Of a stretch of DNA of 64,000 nt, positions 33,151 through 46,900 are shown piece by piece. The notes beneath the pieces are model-generated. The model did not search any database, was not told the DNA's origin, and was given only the letters and a program-made list of their open reading frames with translations. A program made the position numbers and the translations under genes. The first letter of the stretch is position 1, and every line of letters starts with the position of its first letter. The stretch is taken from the NCBI GenBank assembly GCA_030704615.1, contig CM060732.1:12710001-12774000 (forward strand), written 5' to 3'. This DNA comes from Takakia lepidozioides. Lineage: Eukaryota > Plantae > Bryophyta.

Positions 33151-33679
33151 ATAGAGAGAGAGAGTTGCAGAGACAAAGATGCAAAATCTTCGACAAGAAG
33201 CACGTCCAGCTTCCATTTATGCTGCCGAATATCGACAACTTGCGTGCGACCTCGACTGGAATGAGAAGAGCCTCATTAGTCAGTTTCGATGTGGCCTAAA
33301 AGATGATGTAAAAGATTTAATGCTGACAATGCCAAACGTGAGTACACTGAGCAAATTCATCACCCAAGTCATTGCATGCGATAATCGTTTGTTCGAAAGA
33401 CGTCAAGAGAAGCGATCTGGATGGTCGACGACGCATGCCGCTGCTACTACGGCACGAAACACAACGATCCATCAGACATCCGGTAATTATCCTATGCAGA
33501 TTGATGCTGTCCGATTCAAGCCATTGACGCCATAAGAAAAACAAAGACGACGCTCGAATGGATTATGCCTTTATTGCGGAGAAAATGATCACACAGCATT
33601 AAACTGCCCCAACAAGAGAAGATTCAAAGCTCGGGGCACAACGCGAGTGTTCGATACGAGGAGGCCGGAAAACGAAGAC
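33151..33679 (+). pseudogene. chromovirus gag, 3' part with zinc knuckle and gag-pol slippery site
   Basis: MQNLRQ..YAAEYRQLA..QFRCGLKDDVKD..PMQIDA..CLYCGENDHTALNC, then GGAAAAC and the breakpoint. Continues as GTCTAGTCACAGTAG at 11992 (-). Confidence 0.88.
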
Positions 33680-34146
33680 CTGCATTTTGGACTTTACCCC
33701 CAGGAGGACCCGAGAAGAGAAGAGTGTCGCCCGCTTCCCGGGAGGACAAGGGTCTGACAGAGGATCCATCCTCAATTTGAGCACCATCGTGAATCCTCGG
33801 AAAGCCTTCAATACTCCGACTCACAGCTGATCCGGAGGGTTCCTTTAGGGGACTTGAGGAACCGATGACGTTGTCAGCATCTCCTTGAACCTACCAAAGA
33901 GACATAATCATAAATCCGGGAATGCACGAATGCAAACCTCCACTGAACAGTGGAGGTCACTAGATATAGTCATGTCCCCATATGAAGGCCCGTATCAGAG
34001 TCTTGGGATTGCCCGCAAGAATTCAACTGAAAATGAGTGAAAATAAGAGTACCATATCTTTCACATGTGTGATTACAAGGAAATGAAAAAGAGAAACCAT
34101 GAAGATATTCAATAGCTCGAGTGAGATGGGATTGATCAAAAATAAT

Positions 34147-34893
34147 TTATTTTGAAGCATCATATCTGATACTCTTAAAACCGTTGTCCTCAATAAAATC
34201 CCATAGTGGGCTAAACTTGGGATCGTTTGAAACATTGGCAAAAAGACTCAACCCTATCATTTTTTTCCTAAGATAGCTTGAAAAAGAGGGATGTTTCCTC
34301 ATTCCAAGCAAATAGGTCTGAAGAACCTTGAGAAGATAGCAACCATCAGTCTCAACGGTCTGGAACGGTTTGAGAACAAGACATGAGTCGGGCGGGTTCA
34401 ATACACACTTCACGGCGGTGTCGTCAATGAGCAGAGTGTTACTCTTGGTGTATTGCCCACCAAATCCCTTCCGGACCTTGACCAGTGGCTTCAAAAACAA
34501 ATGAGGAGGGTCCAATCCTGATTTGAATTGAGGGTGAACTGAAGTAGGGCATGAAATACAATCCTCTTGAGACATAACGAAGGCCGGTTGAGGTAGACCA
34601 CGAAGCAAGAAATCCAGGATGGGCTGCAAGTTCTTGTACATCATAGAGCTCCACATCCCTAACCAATAGTGTTTGTGCAACTTTGTCCACACTTTGCGAT
34701 ATTTCTCCCGTCTAAAGACAAGTCGGAATCCGACAAGAGCTGGAATTCTGTAGTCCGATTCTGAAAACCGGGGGACATTGTAGCTCTTCTGGTGCTTCAA
34801 GATTTTGCACAAGACTCCATTTACGTCAAAAATAATCAAACGCAACCCTTGCGCAGGAGGAGAAACAGGTGCTCCAATCTGCCAGAGAGTCAT
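34147..34893 (-). CDS. FCP1/NIF-like HAD-domain protein (intact 248 aa)
   Basis: LIIFDVNGVL, GMWSS, MSQEDC, FLKPL, NTLLIDDT..KC..NP motifs of the FCP1-homology domain. Confidence 0.8.
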   Translation of the reverse strand: MTLWQIGAPVSPPAQGLRLIIFDVNGVLCKILKHQKSYNVPRFSESDYRIPALVGFRLVFRREKYRKVWTKLHKHYWLGMWSSMMYKNLQPILDFLLRGLPQPAFVMSQEDCISCPTSVHPQFKSGLDPPHLFLKPLVKVRKGFGGQYTKSNTLLIDDTAVKCVLNPPDSCLVLKPFQTVETDGCYLLKVLQTYLLGMRKHPSFSSYLRKKMIGLSLFANVSNDPKFSPLWDFIEDNGFKSIRYDASK

Positions 34894-34998
34894 TCATACT
34901 TAGGATGATAAAAGGGAACAGTACAATGCATTGGAAAAACCGACACCAGGAAAGTGAACAAGAACGTCCACTAAATAGCCGAGGTTTACCAAACTCAG

Positions 34999-36078
34999 TT
35001 AAAATATTTTATGTCCCAATGCAGCGGCACGCAACTCGAGATTGCTAAGAAACTTCTGCCATCTATAATCAAAGTCTCTAAGAAATTTGACCGCTGGGTC
35101 GTCCTCGAAGAAATCCTTCGAAACGCCGAAAAGATGTAGGTCGTTGAACGGCACGACATCCATCCCCGATAACCGGAACATGTTAAGATGAGGCTTGAGC
35201 TCTTCCAGTAGAAATTTATCCCTGTCAGGGTCCACGCGCGCCTTATATTTTGGAAGGAAGATGGTATGTCCTAACGGGTTCAAGTAGGACTTGTACATAT
35301 TGTTTACAGTGTCGATGAGGAGAGTATTGGATTTGTAAGCTGTCGGGTCTTCCTTAGCGAAAATGTCGTAAAGACGTTTAAAATAGATAAGATTTTTGGA
35401 AGCTTTGGGCCATTTTTCTTTGAATGTCGATCTATGCATGACGGAATTCTCACTGCTGTAAGTTCTGACCTGGGAATAGTATTTCCCGAACACGGCCTTG
35501 GCGAGAGTCTCGACGTTCATTTCAGGTCTAGTGTTCCAAAAACAAACGGCAAACTTTTTGACGGCCTACTTCACGAATTTGTCAAGACCGTTTCGCGTAG
35601 CTAACTTGAATTTCCCTGCGGAGATACAAGGCTAGGTGGCAGGAGGTGTTTTCTTTCCATCCTTTAGGAAAACCTCACAAAGGTAACCGATGTCCAGATT
35701 CAGGACGTAGTATCCTGGCCGGCATCCGTTCGGCCCCCAAGGAAGGGAATGCAGATCGTTTGGATTGACAGAAAGAGAATAGTCGACTGGAGGGTAATGC
35801 ATGTTGTCCTGTAGAATAACAGAAGAATTCATTATTAATTTCAATTCGAGAAATCCCAAAGTAGACAAACGGAAGAATGGAGTTGAAATCATTACCAATT
35901 TTGGAGTCGGCCGCTGAGATCCCTGGGCAGGCTGCTGCTCCTCTTTCCCATCTCTACGTCCAACGTTATCGTCCTTATCTGTGAAGCCAGATGGCAACCT
36001 CGACTGTCCAGTGGAGGTAACTTGTATGACCGGCTCAGATAGAGCGACAGTAATTGTTCGATCCACTCTTCTCTTCAC
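34999..36078 (-). pseudogene. FCP1/NIF-like domain cargo gene 1
   Basis: Homologous to 15306-16385. Stops at 35632 and 35566. Confidence 0.65.
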
Positions 36079-36777
36079 CGTCTCAGTGTCGATGGAGTCG
36101 GTCCTCGTGCTCCTCAGACGTCATCTCACAAATCTACAGGAAATTAATGAAAAATCCCACGGATGACGACTATGGTGGTCCAAAATGATCTGACAAAATT
36201 ACCGAATTGAGCAATACCGAAGATGAGACTGAAAGACCAATAATAAGAGTAATAAGAATAAAGCCAATGTTTTACCCGAATCGGGATCTGTTGTTGGATT
36301 ACGCGATTGTGGTGCTCTGTGTCTTCTCCTTCCCCGCGAGTAGGAGGATTCTCCGACTCAATCCCTGCGTCCCTTGATGGAACGTCGATTGGACAGTGGA
36401 GGCTACTTGCGGAACCGGCTTAGGTGACCTGGCCCTCACTGTCAGATCCACGTGTCTCTTCACCGTTTGAGTCTCATTTGATCCTTTTTGTGTGTGTGTC
36501 ATTTCCTCCGGATTGGATTCTTGGATCTACAATAAAAGCTATCCAAATTGGTTAGTGGCTGTCCACAAAGGTGTGCGAACGGAAATATGTGTCCGGGTGG
36601 AAATATGTTTTATTCGGAAGTCCAGAAAGACGGATATGAGAGAAACATTGGGATTATATATAATTACAATATTGTCATATGGAAAAAACATTCGGATTAT
36701 TCCACTCACAAGTATGTATAATTACAATATTGTCATATTGTATTCAGAAGTGTGTACGAATGAACATTCACTAATTG

Positions 36778-39700
36778 TCATTTGTTACCTACATCCAGAA
36801 CCACTTCCCGGGTGACATTCTGGGACACCAGCTCACAACGATTGTTAACGGGATCCGGTGACATAATCAATGGCTCGTCACCTTCCACAGGTGTGAACCC
36901 TTGACCGAGGGTTTCAACTAACTCCCTTGATGTCGCTTCTTGACCCCCTGGAGAAGCCGGATTCTTATTCGTGGTGTTATCAGAACTGGAGGAAGAGCTG
37001 TCCAGATTGTGCACATCTTTTGGCGCAACGCGTTCTTGGGTATTTGGAGTACTACCTAGATTATCCAACCGGGAAATTTCCTGGCCCTCTCTTTCCCTTT
37101 CCCACGTTAGCCGCATCTGCCCCTGGTCTCCGTTGACGATTTCCATGTTCTCATCTTCGTCTTTCTCCTCGTCGTCGTCCTCTTCTGATCCTTGTCGTGT
37201 CCTTCGTCATCATCTTCTTTGTCCACTTCCTTATCCTGGGACCTGCAGTGAGTCTCCGTCATTTCCGTCTCCTGTGATAGTCTGATTGTCAATCTAGAGG
37301 GTCCTGAAATAGGCCTCCACCTTGCTTCTACAAAATTTCTTTTTCGTTACAAGTTTATGTCGAGCACACGAATATTTCTTTCTTGCAATGAAACCAAACA
37401 ATGATATCAAAATAAATCCGACGAACACCAACCATCGATAGGCTTTCTTTTGAGACAACTACCAAACACACCAATCTGCAGAATAACAAACACCCAAAAC
37501 ACCCACAACTCCAATAACATGAACCTCCACTGCCCAGTGGAGGTTAACAAAATGGAAACAATCAGACACAGGTTAAACACGTTATTTCGACAACGTCAAT
37601 AATACGAGAGTTAAATCCGGGAAAACTGAAAACACAGACAATTCCAAGATGCAGAATCCACTTACAAGCAGAACGTATGTCATTGCCAGTCCTCCGAAAA
37701 TGTTCACACAAGACATTCCGTCCCTGCAAAAAAAAAAAACCAGGTAATCGTAGGTGTCCGGCCTCAGCTCATGATTGTAAGTCCTGCACTCCTTCTCCTG
37801 CGAGGTCAGGTCTACATCTGGTCCTTGGATAACGGGATTAATTGGGTCGGGCGATAACAAAACAGTTTGAATGTGGTCGTCCGGATTCACCATCTCCTCA
37901 GTTGTTGCCGGAAATACATAGTCGAGGCAGAGGACCGTCCGGGAGAAAATAGTCGTGCAGCTCTTGTAAGGGATTCAAACTCGCCGGGAATGTAATAACC
38001 CTGTCAGATAATAAACGATTTTGATCCAGGGCCATTCCGGATGTATGACACAAGATTTCCCGATGATTCTTGTGTGGAAAAAAACACAAAAGCACTGGAC
38101 ATGAGCTTCCGAGCCACAAAAGCATCCAAGATATGTGATTAGTCCTTTGCCTCGAAGACAACAGAGTCATCATCACAAACTGTATTGACGAACACCATGG
38201 ATATGTCGTCGAACCGATTCTTTGGTGCAAGTCCCAACCGTGATTTGGCATCAGCAAATTTCTGGTTCCCCCCCAGCTGTGTGTAATGGGACCTGAAGCT
38301 CGTGCGTAGAATCGCCAGGGCATTCTGGTTATCCTCGAAGGTCTGCTTGCACGACAAGACATACTTCTTGAAGGCAGCAGTTGTTGGTTGCGTCTCCATA
38401 TTCATCTTCTGTTTGCTAACAGTCGTTCCCGAGCTTATCTCGAAATGTTTCAAACACAACTTTGTTGAAGTTGTAGTTTTTTTTAACATCATGCCACTCC
38501 TGTTTGGTATATGGTTCCGGGTTCTGTTTGCTCCTCCGAGGCCACCCTAAGACTTCCATTACATCGTCGATAATAAACCGTCGCAATTTCATTTGGTCAA
38601 TATACGCACTCATTGTGTTTTTGGATTTGTCCGCGCCCTTGAATTTCGTTCCCCGAATGCAAATGTCTCTGTTTAGGATTTTCTCCGCCACTCTTTTCAA
38701 CTGCCTGCTATTAAGTCCTTGCAGTTTCGCGATAGCGGTTTTATTCAGCGGTAGCTGTTCACCCTTACACTGAATCCCGAAAATATCAATAAGCTTCATT
38801 TGTTCCCAGTGTTTGAAAACCTCCTCCCACAGGTTCCATACGTCTTCATCACAGAGAACCAGAACCATGGCCTCCTTCACGCTACTCATCTGCAGTATGA
38901 GTTGACATGCTTGCATAAATTCCTACGAAAATTATCAAGGCCAAAGTTAGACATTTCATTCGATATTTGATATTAATTTTGAGATGAAACAATAGTCACA
39001 ACTATCTTGTCAATTATAATATACACCAAGTGATGATTCGATTGTCAATTTATCTCCGTCCATCTTGTTGTGCATTGTAATTTGAAGCTCTTTCTGTAGT
39101 GTCTCCTGCTTCGGAATGCGGTGCTCCTCCAAGTCAAATTTGTCCAATCTGTTCATGTTCTCCACCAGGAACAGTTCCAAGAGTGTACCTAGAAAATCCT
39201 TGAAAAACCCAATGAGCATGAAAAGTTTTGGAAGCGTTCTTCTCAACATCACGTTTTCATGATCATATGATGTTTCAAGTATTTTTGCGGCACATTTGCG
39301 GAACTGTTACAGGTGGAGAACATAAATAGATTGGGAAAATAAGAGCTGGACAAGCACCTCATTACCAAACAAGACACATTACAAAAGACCCCATCATGTC
39401 GAATTTCCGAATGCTGAACCATCCCGCTCATTCATTGTAGCACCCTCCCTTATGAAGCTATTTTTGTAGTGTCTCCTGCTTCGTAATGCGGTCTCCGTTC
39501 GTCACATTAAATCAAGCTTGAAAATATTTTGGTTCTCTAGCAAAAGGAACGGAAAACACAATGAATCATTTACCTTTCATTGTCTAGTCTCCGACTTCGT
39601 TGTGTGATCGTTGTACTTTTTCGGCCTCCCCCTTAGCTCGAAGAAATTTCGGGCATGTGCAACTTTCTCGGCAAATGTTGTGTCAAATTTATGCGCCTTA

Positions 39701-40470
39701 TTCGGGTCGTTTAGGAGCTTAGATAGCTTCATGAGCCTCATCAGATCTTTTGACCATATAATCTTTGAGGGCCAGTCAGTGTAGTACTTCTTAAGATTGT
39801 CGTCGTCTACGTCTTGCACAAGTTCCTGCGACAGAATTGAATAAGGTCAGAAATGATATCGACCTAACAAACATGTTGTTTAAAGTTCATGAACCTCCAC
39901 TGTCCAGTGGAGGTTTATGTTGTTACAAAAATTGAATTTTGTTGGGAAATTTACCTTGGCAGCAATGATCGTGTGTTGTCCACCGATGACGAAGAATAAT
40001 TTTCCACCTCCTTCCAGTTTCGAGGTTTCGAACTAGAAACCTCCATAGGCTTCTTGGGGTTTGTGGGAATCAAATGGATGTTTGGAGTCAAACACCTGGA
40101 GCTGGTAAAGACGCGCTTTGACTTCGTCTTTGTGCTTCACATTTAGGGGCCTGTACACCATATCCCTGGGAGCAAGCTCCATCATGGAAACTTTGACGTC
40201 CTGGGTCGCCTCAAACCCAAAAGAAAACATGTCCTTGGAGCCTCTCCAGCATCTTCTCACACTTGTCTTTGTCGAATATGTCTGCAACCTTGGGTTTATT
40301 GGTATCTGTCATGAATGCAAGATCCATCTCCTCCTTTTGTTTCTTCTTTCCCCCTGATGTACTGGCTTCATTGTCATCACCACCGGCGTCAATGGATTTC
40401 CGTTTTCCCTTCTTTGGCTTCGCTCTTGCAGCCTCCTCCTCCCGCGTCTTTGCAATCTCCTTACCCTTTA
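36778..40470 (-). pseudogene. multi-exon cargo gene: ParB/Srx-like N-terminal domain + degenerate N6/N4-methyltransferase-like C-terminal domain
   Basis: VYRPLNVKHKDEVK..FFVIGGQHTIIAAK|intron|..WPSKIIW..LSKLLN (ParB/Srx-like GxH motif, 39955-40002); C-terminal RPDTYDYLVFFFCRDGMSCVNIFGGLAMTY. GT-AG introns. 5' end uncertain. Confidence 0.5.
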
Positions 40471-43400
40471 AGTAAAGCACATCCAAGAAAATACCCCAAG
40501 CCATGCAAAAACCTTCATCTGTAAATTGAGTACCTCGTCGCAATATGTGAACCCCGCCCGAATGGACTCTCTCATCATGGCCTTCCTTAGACATATAGGT
40601 TTGCACATTCCAACAATACAATCCCTCGGGGTAATGTTGCTGTCCACAGAACAAACCACCTCGGTCCTCAGACACATCTCATGACAACCATACAAGATTC
40701 CCAGGACAGTAACCTCCACTGTCCAGTGGAGGTTCAACAATTCATACGCTCATAGCTGACAGATAAAAGAGTTCAATTCAGAAGGAAAAAACGATTTCAC
40801 TTATAAGAAGAATAATACATTTATTTAGAGAAAGCTCGTCTCGCCATTCCATACATCATGCGGTCTCAAAATTGTTCCTATAACGAATATATAATTTCTA
40901 CAATAAATCGATATTCTTTTGTAAGATGAGTTTCATCTTTCATTTTCTTGTATGTACAATAACTACAGGAGGCTCTCTCGAATCATCCTCAAGGTTTCAG
41001 GGGAGTACTCTCTAGGTGTATATGTCGGAGAATCTCTAGAGATGTATTATGGAGAATACCCAGGGACGTACTGAGGAGAATCTGCAGGGACATATTCTGG
41101 AGAATTTACAAGGACTGCATACTGAGGAGAGTGAGGACTGTATGAGGACCTGGAGAGGACGGAAGGATGGATCCCGGAGACTTTTCACTATCTCCTACAG
41201 AAATGTCATTATCTGAATTAGACTGAAGATTACACTCATCACTTTCATCTTTCTCTTCCTCTATTTCCTCCGTTGTCTCCCGTCGAATAAGTCCCTCGAA
41301 CATTGATTCGTCAGTGCCCGGATTTATGAAGGTTCGCACGTCAGAGCCCACATCTGATATTTGATTCTCAGATCTCTTTTTGAAGGTTTTTGTTTTCGAT
41401 ACAACTAGTGATTCGTCTTGGTTTTCTGCTTCGTTGATGCTTACTGGATTCTGTCTCCTTGGCCTCTTACAGATGTCGACGACGGTCACCGTGTGCACTC
41501 CTACGCCCGTTCTTTTTATACTGACAGAACAAAAAATCAACGCAGGGGAGGAACCTACATAAGTCTATCTCAATACATCCTTATGTTGTGCCTTGGCATA
41601 GTAACACGCAGGAACCTCCACTGGGCAGGCGAGGTTCGTGTGGTTTGTCCTGTCGGAGTTTATGGAGGTCTACTAGAGGTCTAGTGGTCTATGGAGACTA
41701 GTCTACTAGAGTAGCCTAGCCCCGAAGAAAAACCCGTTATCAAATATCGGAAATTCGGAAAAACAATCGCTAAAAACCATGATCCTAACCCTCCATAACC
41801 CTAATAATCCAGCAGCACCAGTAAACCAGGACCACAAACCACCCATACCAACCACCACCAGCAGAGAAACAACAATGCATTGAGACACCTAAAAAGCTTT
41901 AATCAATTCAAACTAATTGAAACAACTTTGGAACCACATGAATTGAAAAGAGATGCTCCGCATCAGACAAGACACCACACTCACGAAACGTGACATGCAA
42001 GAATCAAATGGTGCTCTATAACCTTTGGAACGAAAGCGAGTGAGGAAGAGAAACAAACCAACAGCGGCGTGGGCGATGCTGACCAACAAAAGCAACAGCA
42101 AAACAAAAAGAAAAGCAAATCAACAAACATAACAAAGAGAGAATGAGAGAATGACAAGCGAGCAAGAGAGAATGACATCAAACCACATGCGTAAACGAGA
42201 ACATTACCTGCTAGATGCGTGAGCCATTTCAGTGCCCCTGTTGCTGACCTGAAACGCCCGACCCTTAAGCTTCCACCGCTCCGCTTCGCTCTCCTTACGC
42301 TCTGCTTCTTTCCCGTCTCCTGTCTGCACTTGAATCCGCTGTCTGCTTCCTTTCCTCCACTGCACTCTCACGCTGCACTGAACTGCACGCTCTCTTCTCT
42401 CAGCTCTCACGGCACCCTGCACAATACAGTCTCTGCTCTTCACGCTCTCCCCTCTTCAAAACTCTCTCTTTTCTAGCGCTAGTCGGTCTTACCACTTCCG
42501 CAGCGCTTCCGCGTACACAATGGAGTGGCGAAAAGGTGGGCTGAACAACCACACCCCTTATATGGTGCCGTCGCAAAGGATCTGAACCATCGCGTCCTTT
42601 CGAAATCGAACGGTCGCGCGTGTTCCATCCAACATCCATGAAAATATCATCCAATTCATCATTTCCATTCTATCCATCCATTTTACGAATGACTAGATGA
42701 AATGAAAAAACAGATGAATAAACGAGAAAATATGACGTTAATGATCCCTTGCACAAGATCATCAATTATAACCCCGCGGGATATTTCCCACACCCCACAT
42801 GTGACGATAAATGAAATGTACAAGTCAGATCTTCTTGCGGCGTTTTGCCGCTGGGAATTATTGCTCTTGACCATGTCTACATTCGGCAGATTAAGGCTTG
42901 GAATATTTCCTCTGTCACTCATTTACGCCTGCCGCATTCTCGGCCGAGTGTCCTTGCTGCACGATTTCATGAAACGTTTGTCATCGGCGTCAGGCCATCA
43001 TCCACTTGGACAGCATTGAATGCGAAATACGTAATGCTTTATAAGCACGAGTGCGAAACCATTGAACCACCATTATCGGCCGTTATCTTTCTGGCATCAT
43101 AATTGTTACATAGGGATCTACCAGTAAAAGACACTCTTTTCCGAAATCGGTCAAAGAGTGCACTCCTGCACCATCCAGAACCGTTCGATTGTGGCCATAT
43201 CGGATATCAACGGCGACGGAAATCGATCCGCGAGACAATGTATCGCACTATCCCATTGGAGGAGTTCCAGCGGGCAACCTGGTTTCCATCTCTATATAAG
43301 GTCTGAGTGCAAACTGTTCAAGCTTCTATCTTCATACCTCTCACTTGCAGATCGTGTTTCCCGCACCTCTCTGGTCATCTCCCACCTCGCTTCCCATACT

Positions 43401-43948
43401 GCTCCTCTCTGAGCATCCTGTACCTCTGTGGCCATCGCAGGTGTAACTCTTTGAATTCCATAATCTCTCGTGTGAACTGCATTTTCACCTGTAGAAAATG
43501 TTAAGACATCTATGTGTTTTCGATACTCTACAGGAAAATCTACTTATTTGACATCTGCATGTTTAGAAATTACAGTCCAATACTCTCCGATTTCTGTATT
43601 TCGTTATACCTCAAGTCGTGGATCTCCACTGGACAGTCGCGTCAATGCTCACATCCATCCGTCATTACAATTATTCATCCACGTAACCATGTTCATCATA
43701 TTCATCCGTCCAACTTTTTCATCTGTATCTCATCTAACCTCCACTGTACAGTGGAGGTTATATAATTAGACACAATCTTCAAATGACATGTTCCAGACCA
43801 AACAACAATTCCATTTCTATTCTACTTCTCTGAAACGTTCATACGCGAGTGTATTTCCTTTTATTGAATTGATTCATCTCTGAATATAGTCTTCACTCAT
43901 ACTGCTTATTACTGTCAGTAAGGTCGTCACGGAGGGGTTTCCAGTTTC

Positions 43949-46900
43949 TTGAACCTCGCGTGTGCAGTGGAGGTTCCGGTGATCATGATCTTAGAGACGG
44001 GTCAAAGAGTGTTTCTTACTCTTCCCGGGTCCTCATCTCCAGTAGCCACTGGGGACTGCCTTAATGTCTCCGGGGTTGGGACCTGTCATGGACAACAATT
44101 ATCTTCCTCAACCATTTCAGTGGTTCTCATCTCCTGTGATGAAGCACACTCATTATGTCCTCTTCCTTATGGACATATGGATGCTGACACCTTGAAGGAG
44201 GCCATTGGGACCCCGGTGATGTGGAATGTTGGCAAAGTTGTTGCAGAGAATAACGAGTATCAAGGAGGGCCTGACATGAATCCTGATTTTACGCCGGAGA
44301 CAAGAGATACTGCCGAGAATTCTGACGTCGACGAGGATGAATCAAACCACAGACCATCGAAGAGTTCCGGGAATCCGAGCGGAGGACTCAGAAGAAACAA
44401 CTGGAGAAACTTGCAGTGTGTACTGTTGGGTGATGATGGGGGTGCACTGTTTGAGGGGACGATTCAAGCCTGCATTCCGGATGAGGTGATCCTCAATGAC
44501 AAACTAGGAGAGGACGATGTTGGAGTTCTTGTCACCAGAATACTTTCTGGAGGTTCTGGATCTTTGATGTCTTTTGTAAAATGGCCTTTAACAAAAAACG
44601 ACTTTTGGAAAGTGGGAGACTACTCTCAAATGATCTGGAGAATTTTATTAGATCCTCTGACAGTATCTTGTACAAAGATCACGAGGCGGGTGTGAAGAAA
44701 GCGATGTATCGCCATTTTACGAGAAAGAAGAGGTATCGAGATTTGGAACACTCCAAAAAAAGAATGAAGAATCTTACTCTGGAGGAAGTCCGGTCCGTGA
44801 GCAGCAAACCTTGCTGCAGACTTCACTGCTGTCAATATTTCAATTGGCGAAAAACCTTGGCTATCCGTACTTCGTTTTGGGGATCCACTTTCGATGAGAG
44901 GAGAGAACACGGACTGAATGTTTCGAAACGACTTCAAATGCTGGAAGGGACCTCTCGCATGGCATACATTACGATTGAGGGTGTGGATGTATGTGAGACT
45001 GCTTGGTGGACAATTCATGGAATTGGCAGGTCCACATACATGGAGTACAAAAAGTTGAGTAAACAGGGTTGGTTGTCAAGTCTCCATGAGAACCGTGGAG
45101 TGAAGAGGCCACGCCCAAGGACGCTTCAGGCAGAGGGTAACATTATGTCCATTGTCAACGGAAATACTGACCTCATGCCCCATAAGACAAGATGCATTGG
45201 GGAGGGAAAGAGGGATACTTTGAGAGTCTTACCACCTGAAATGAACTGGAAGCAAATACGAGACGAGTCCAACGAGGTATGAAATCTCCATTCTTCAATT
45301 TCTTTCCTGGAAGATTTTTCTGATTCAATGTGGATAATCCTCCCTTCGATTTTGTCTCTTTCGACTGTGGTTCTAGCTTCATGAACCTCCACTGTCCAGT
45401 GGACGTTCCTTTCCTGACCCTGCCTTATTGTAACAGACCAACAGACTTTTCGGGTTGGAAGGAGTCTCGCAGTCGGCTGTTAGCCGCATCCGGAGTCGAA
45501 TATTTCCTAACGTGGAGGTTCGTAAAACTGGGAGTACATTTGCGAAGTGCACGGAGTGTGAGATGTTCAAGGACCTGATCAGAAAGTTTGTCAAGAGAAG
45601 CGCGGAACATGTGACACACAAACGAGCACTTGATAAACATTTGAGGCACCAAGAGTCGTGTAGAAGACTGTACCATAGCTGGAGGAATGAGTCTGTTATG
45701 ATTCCGGAGGAGTTTCTCTGTATTATTCACGACAAAATGGATCATAGGAAAATAGCTGTTCCAAGGCTACAGACTCCAAATAAGATGATTTCCGGATTGG
45801 GCGAGCTTCCAGTTTCACTAACGGGAATGGTCACGCATGGACACGGTGATGGAGCTTACGGACAGTATTCTCTTGAGTTCTGGAAGGGAAATTCAAACTT
45901 TACAATTGGTTCTTTGGCACGTTGCCTGCGCCAGCTGGAGAAGCCAACCTGTCGCGAGTCCAGGAACATTTTCGATTATCGACTGCAAAACGAGTTTTTC
46001 GAATCACTTTTAAGAGGTAAATCGAGATGTTTGGATGCTCTTAAACCCTGCAGGACGGAAGACAAACGTGGTGCTCGTCCACTTCCGAGAAGACTGTACT
46101 TGCAAATGGACAACTCTGCGAAAGACAATAAGAACAGATGGATGCTTGCTTTTCTATCCCTCCTGACCGCCAAAGATGTTTTTGAAGAAATCCAGCTAGG
46201 GTTCCTAATGTTCGGACACACCCATGAGGACATCGACGGGTTCTTCAGCTATCTATCGAAGAAGCTGAAGGAACGAAGCACCTACATTCTTTCTGATTTG
46301 ATGAGGTCTTTTATGACCTCGCAAGATCTGCAGTTCATTCCACAGATTATTCAGGAGGTTCCTGACTTCAAGAATTTTGTCAAGGGTTGTATTCTGGATG
46401 GAAAGGAGGCGTTGGTCGGGATTTCGGAGATGCACGTCTTCCGTTTTTTTTAAGGATACGGAGGGCTGGCCCGTCATGAAGTACAAGAAGTCCGCTACTG
46501 ATTCGGATTGGCTTCCAACAAACAATAGCGTGAAGATGTGGAAGTCCAATCCTGATGGGACTCCGAAGCTCCCTGAAGGAGACCCAGACGCCGTTCCAAG
46601 GAGACCTATCTGGGGAGTCGGGGACGACTCCTCCGAAAAACAATCATTCATTAAGAATGGAATAAAAAAATACAGGGATTTTTGGACGAAAGGAATGATG
46701 CTTGACGATCATTACAGAGGTCGAATGGAACAATACGACCAGTACTGGGGAAACATTCTCGCCGAGCTGGATAAGCCAATTCCAGAAGCTCCCGACCGTA
46801 TCCAGCTTCTTGAGGGATTCTGGGCGAAAACAAATTAGTCCAAGAATCATCACAGAGATCACATATATTGCCAGATGTGGAAGAAGAGGATGAAATCCTA

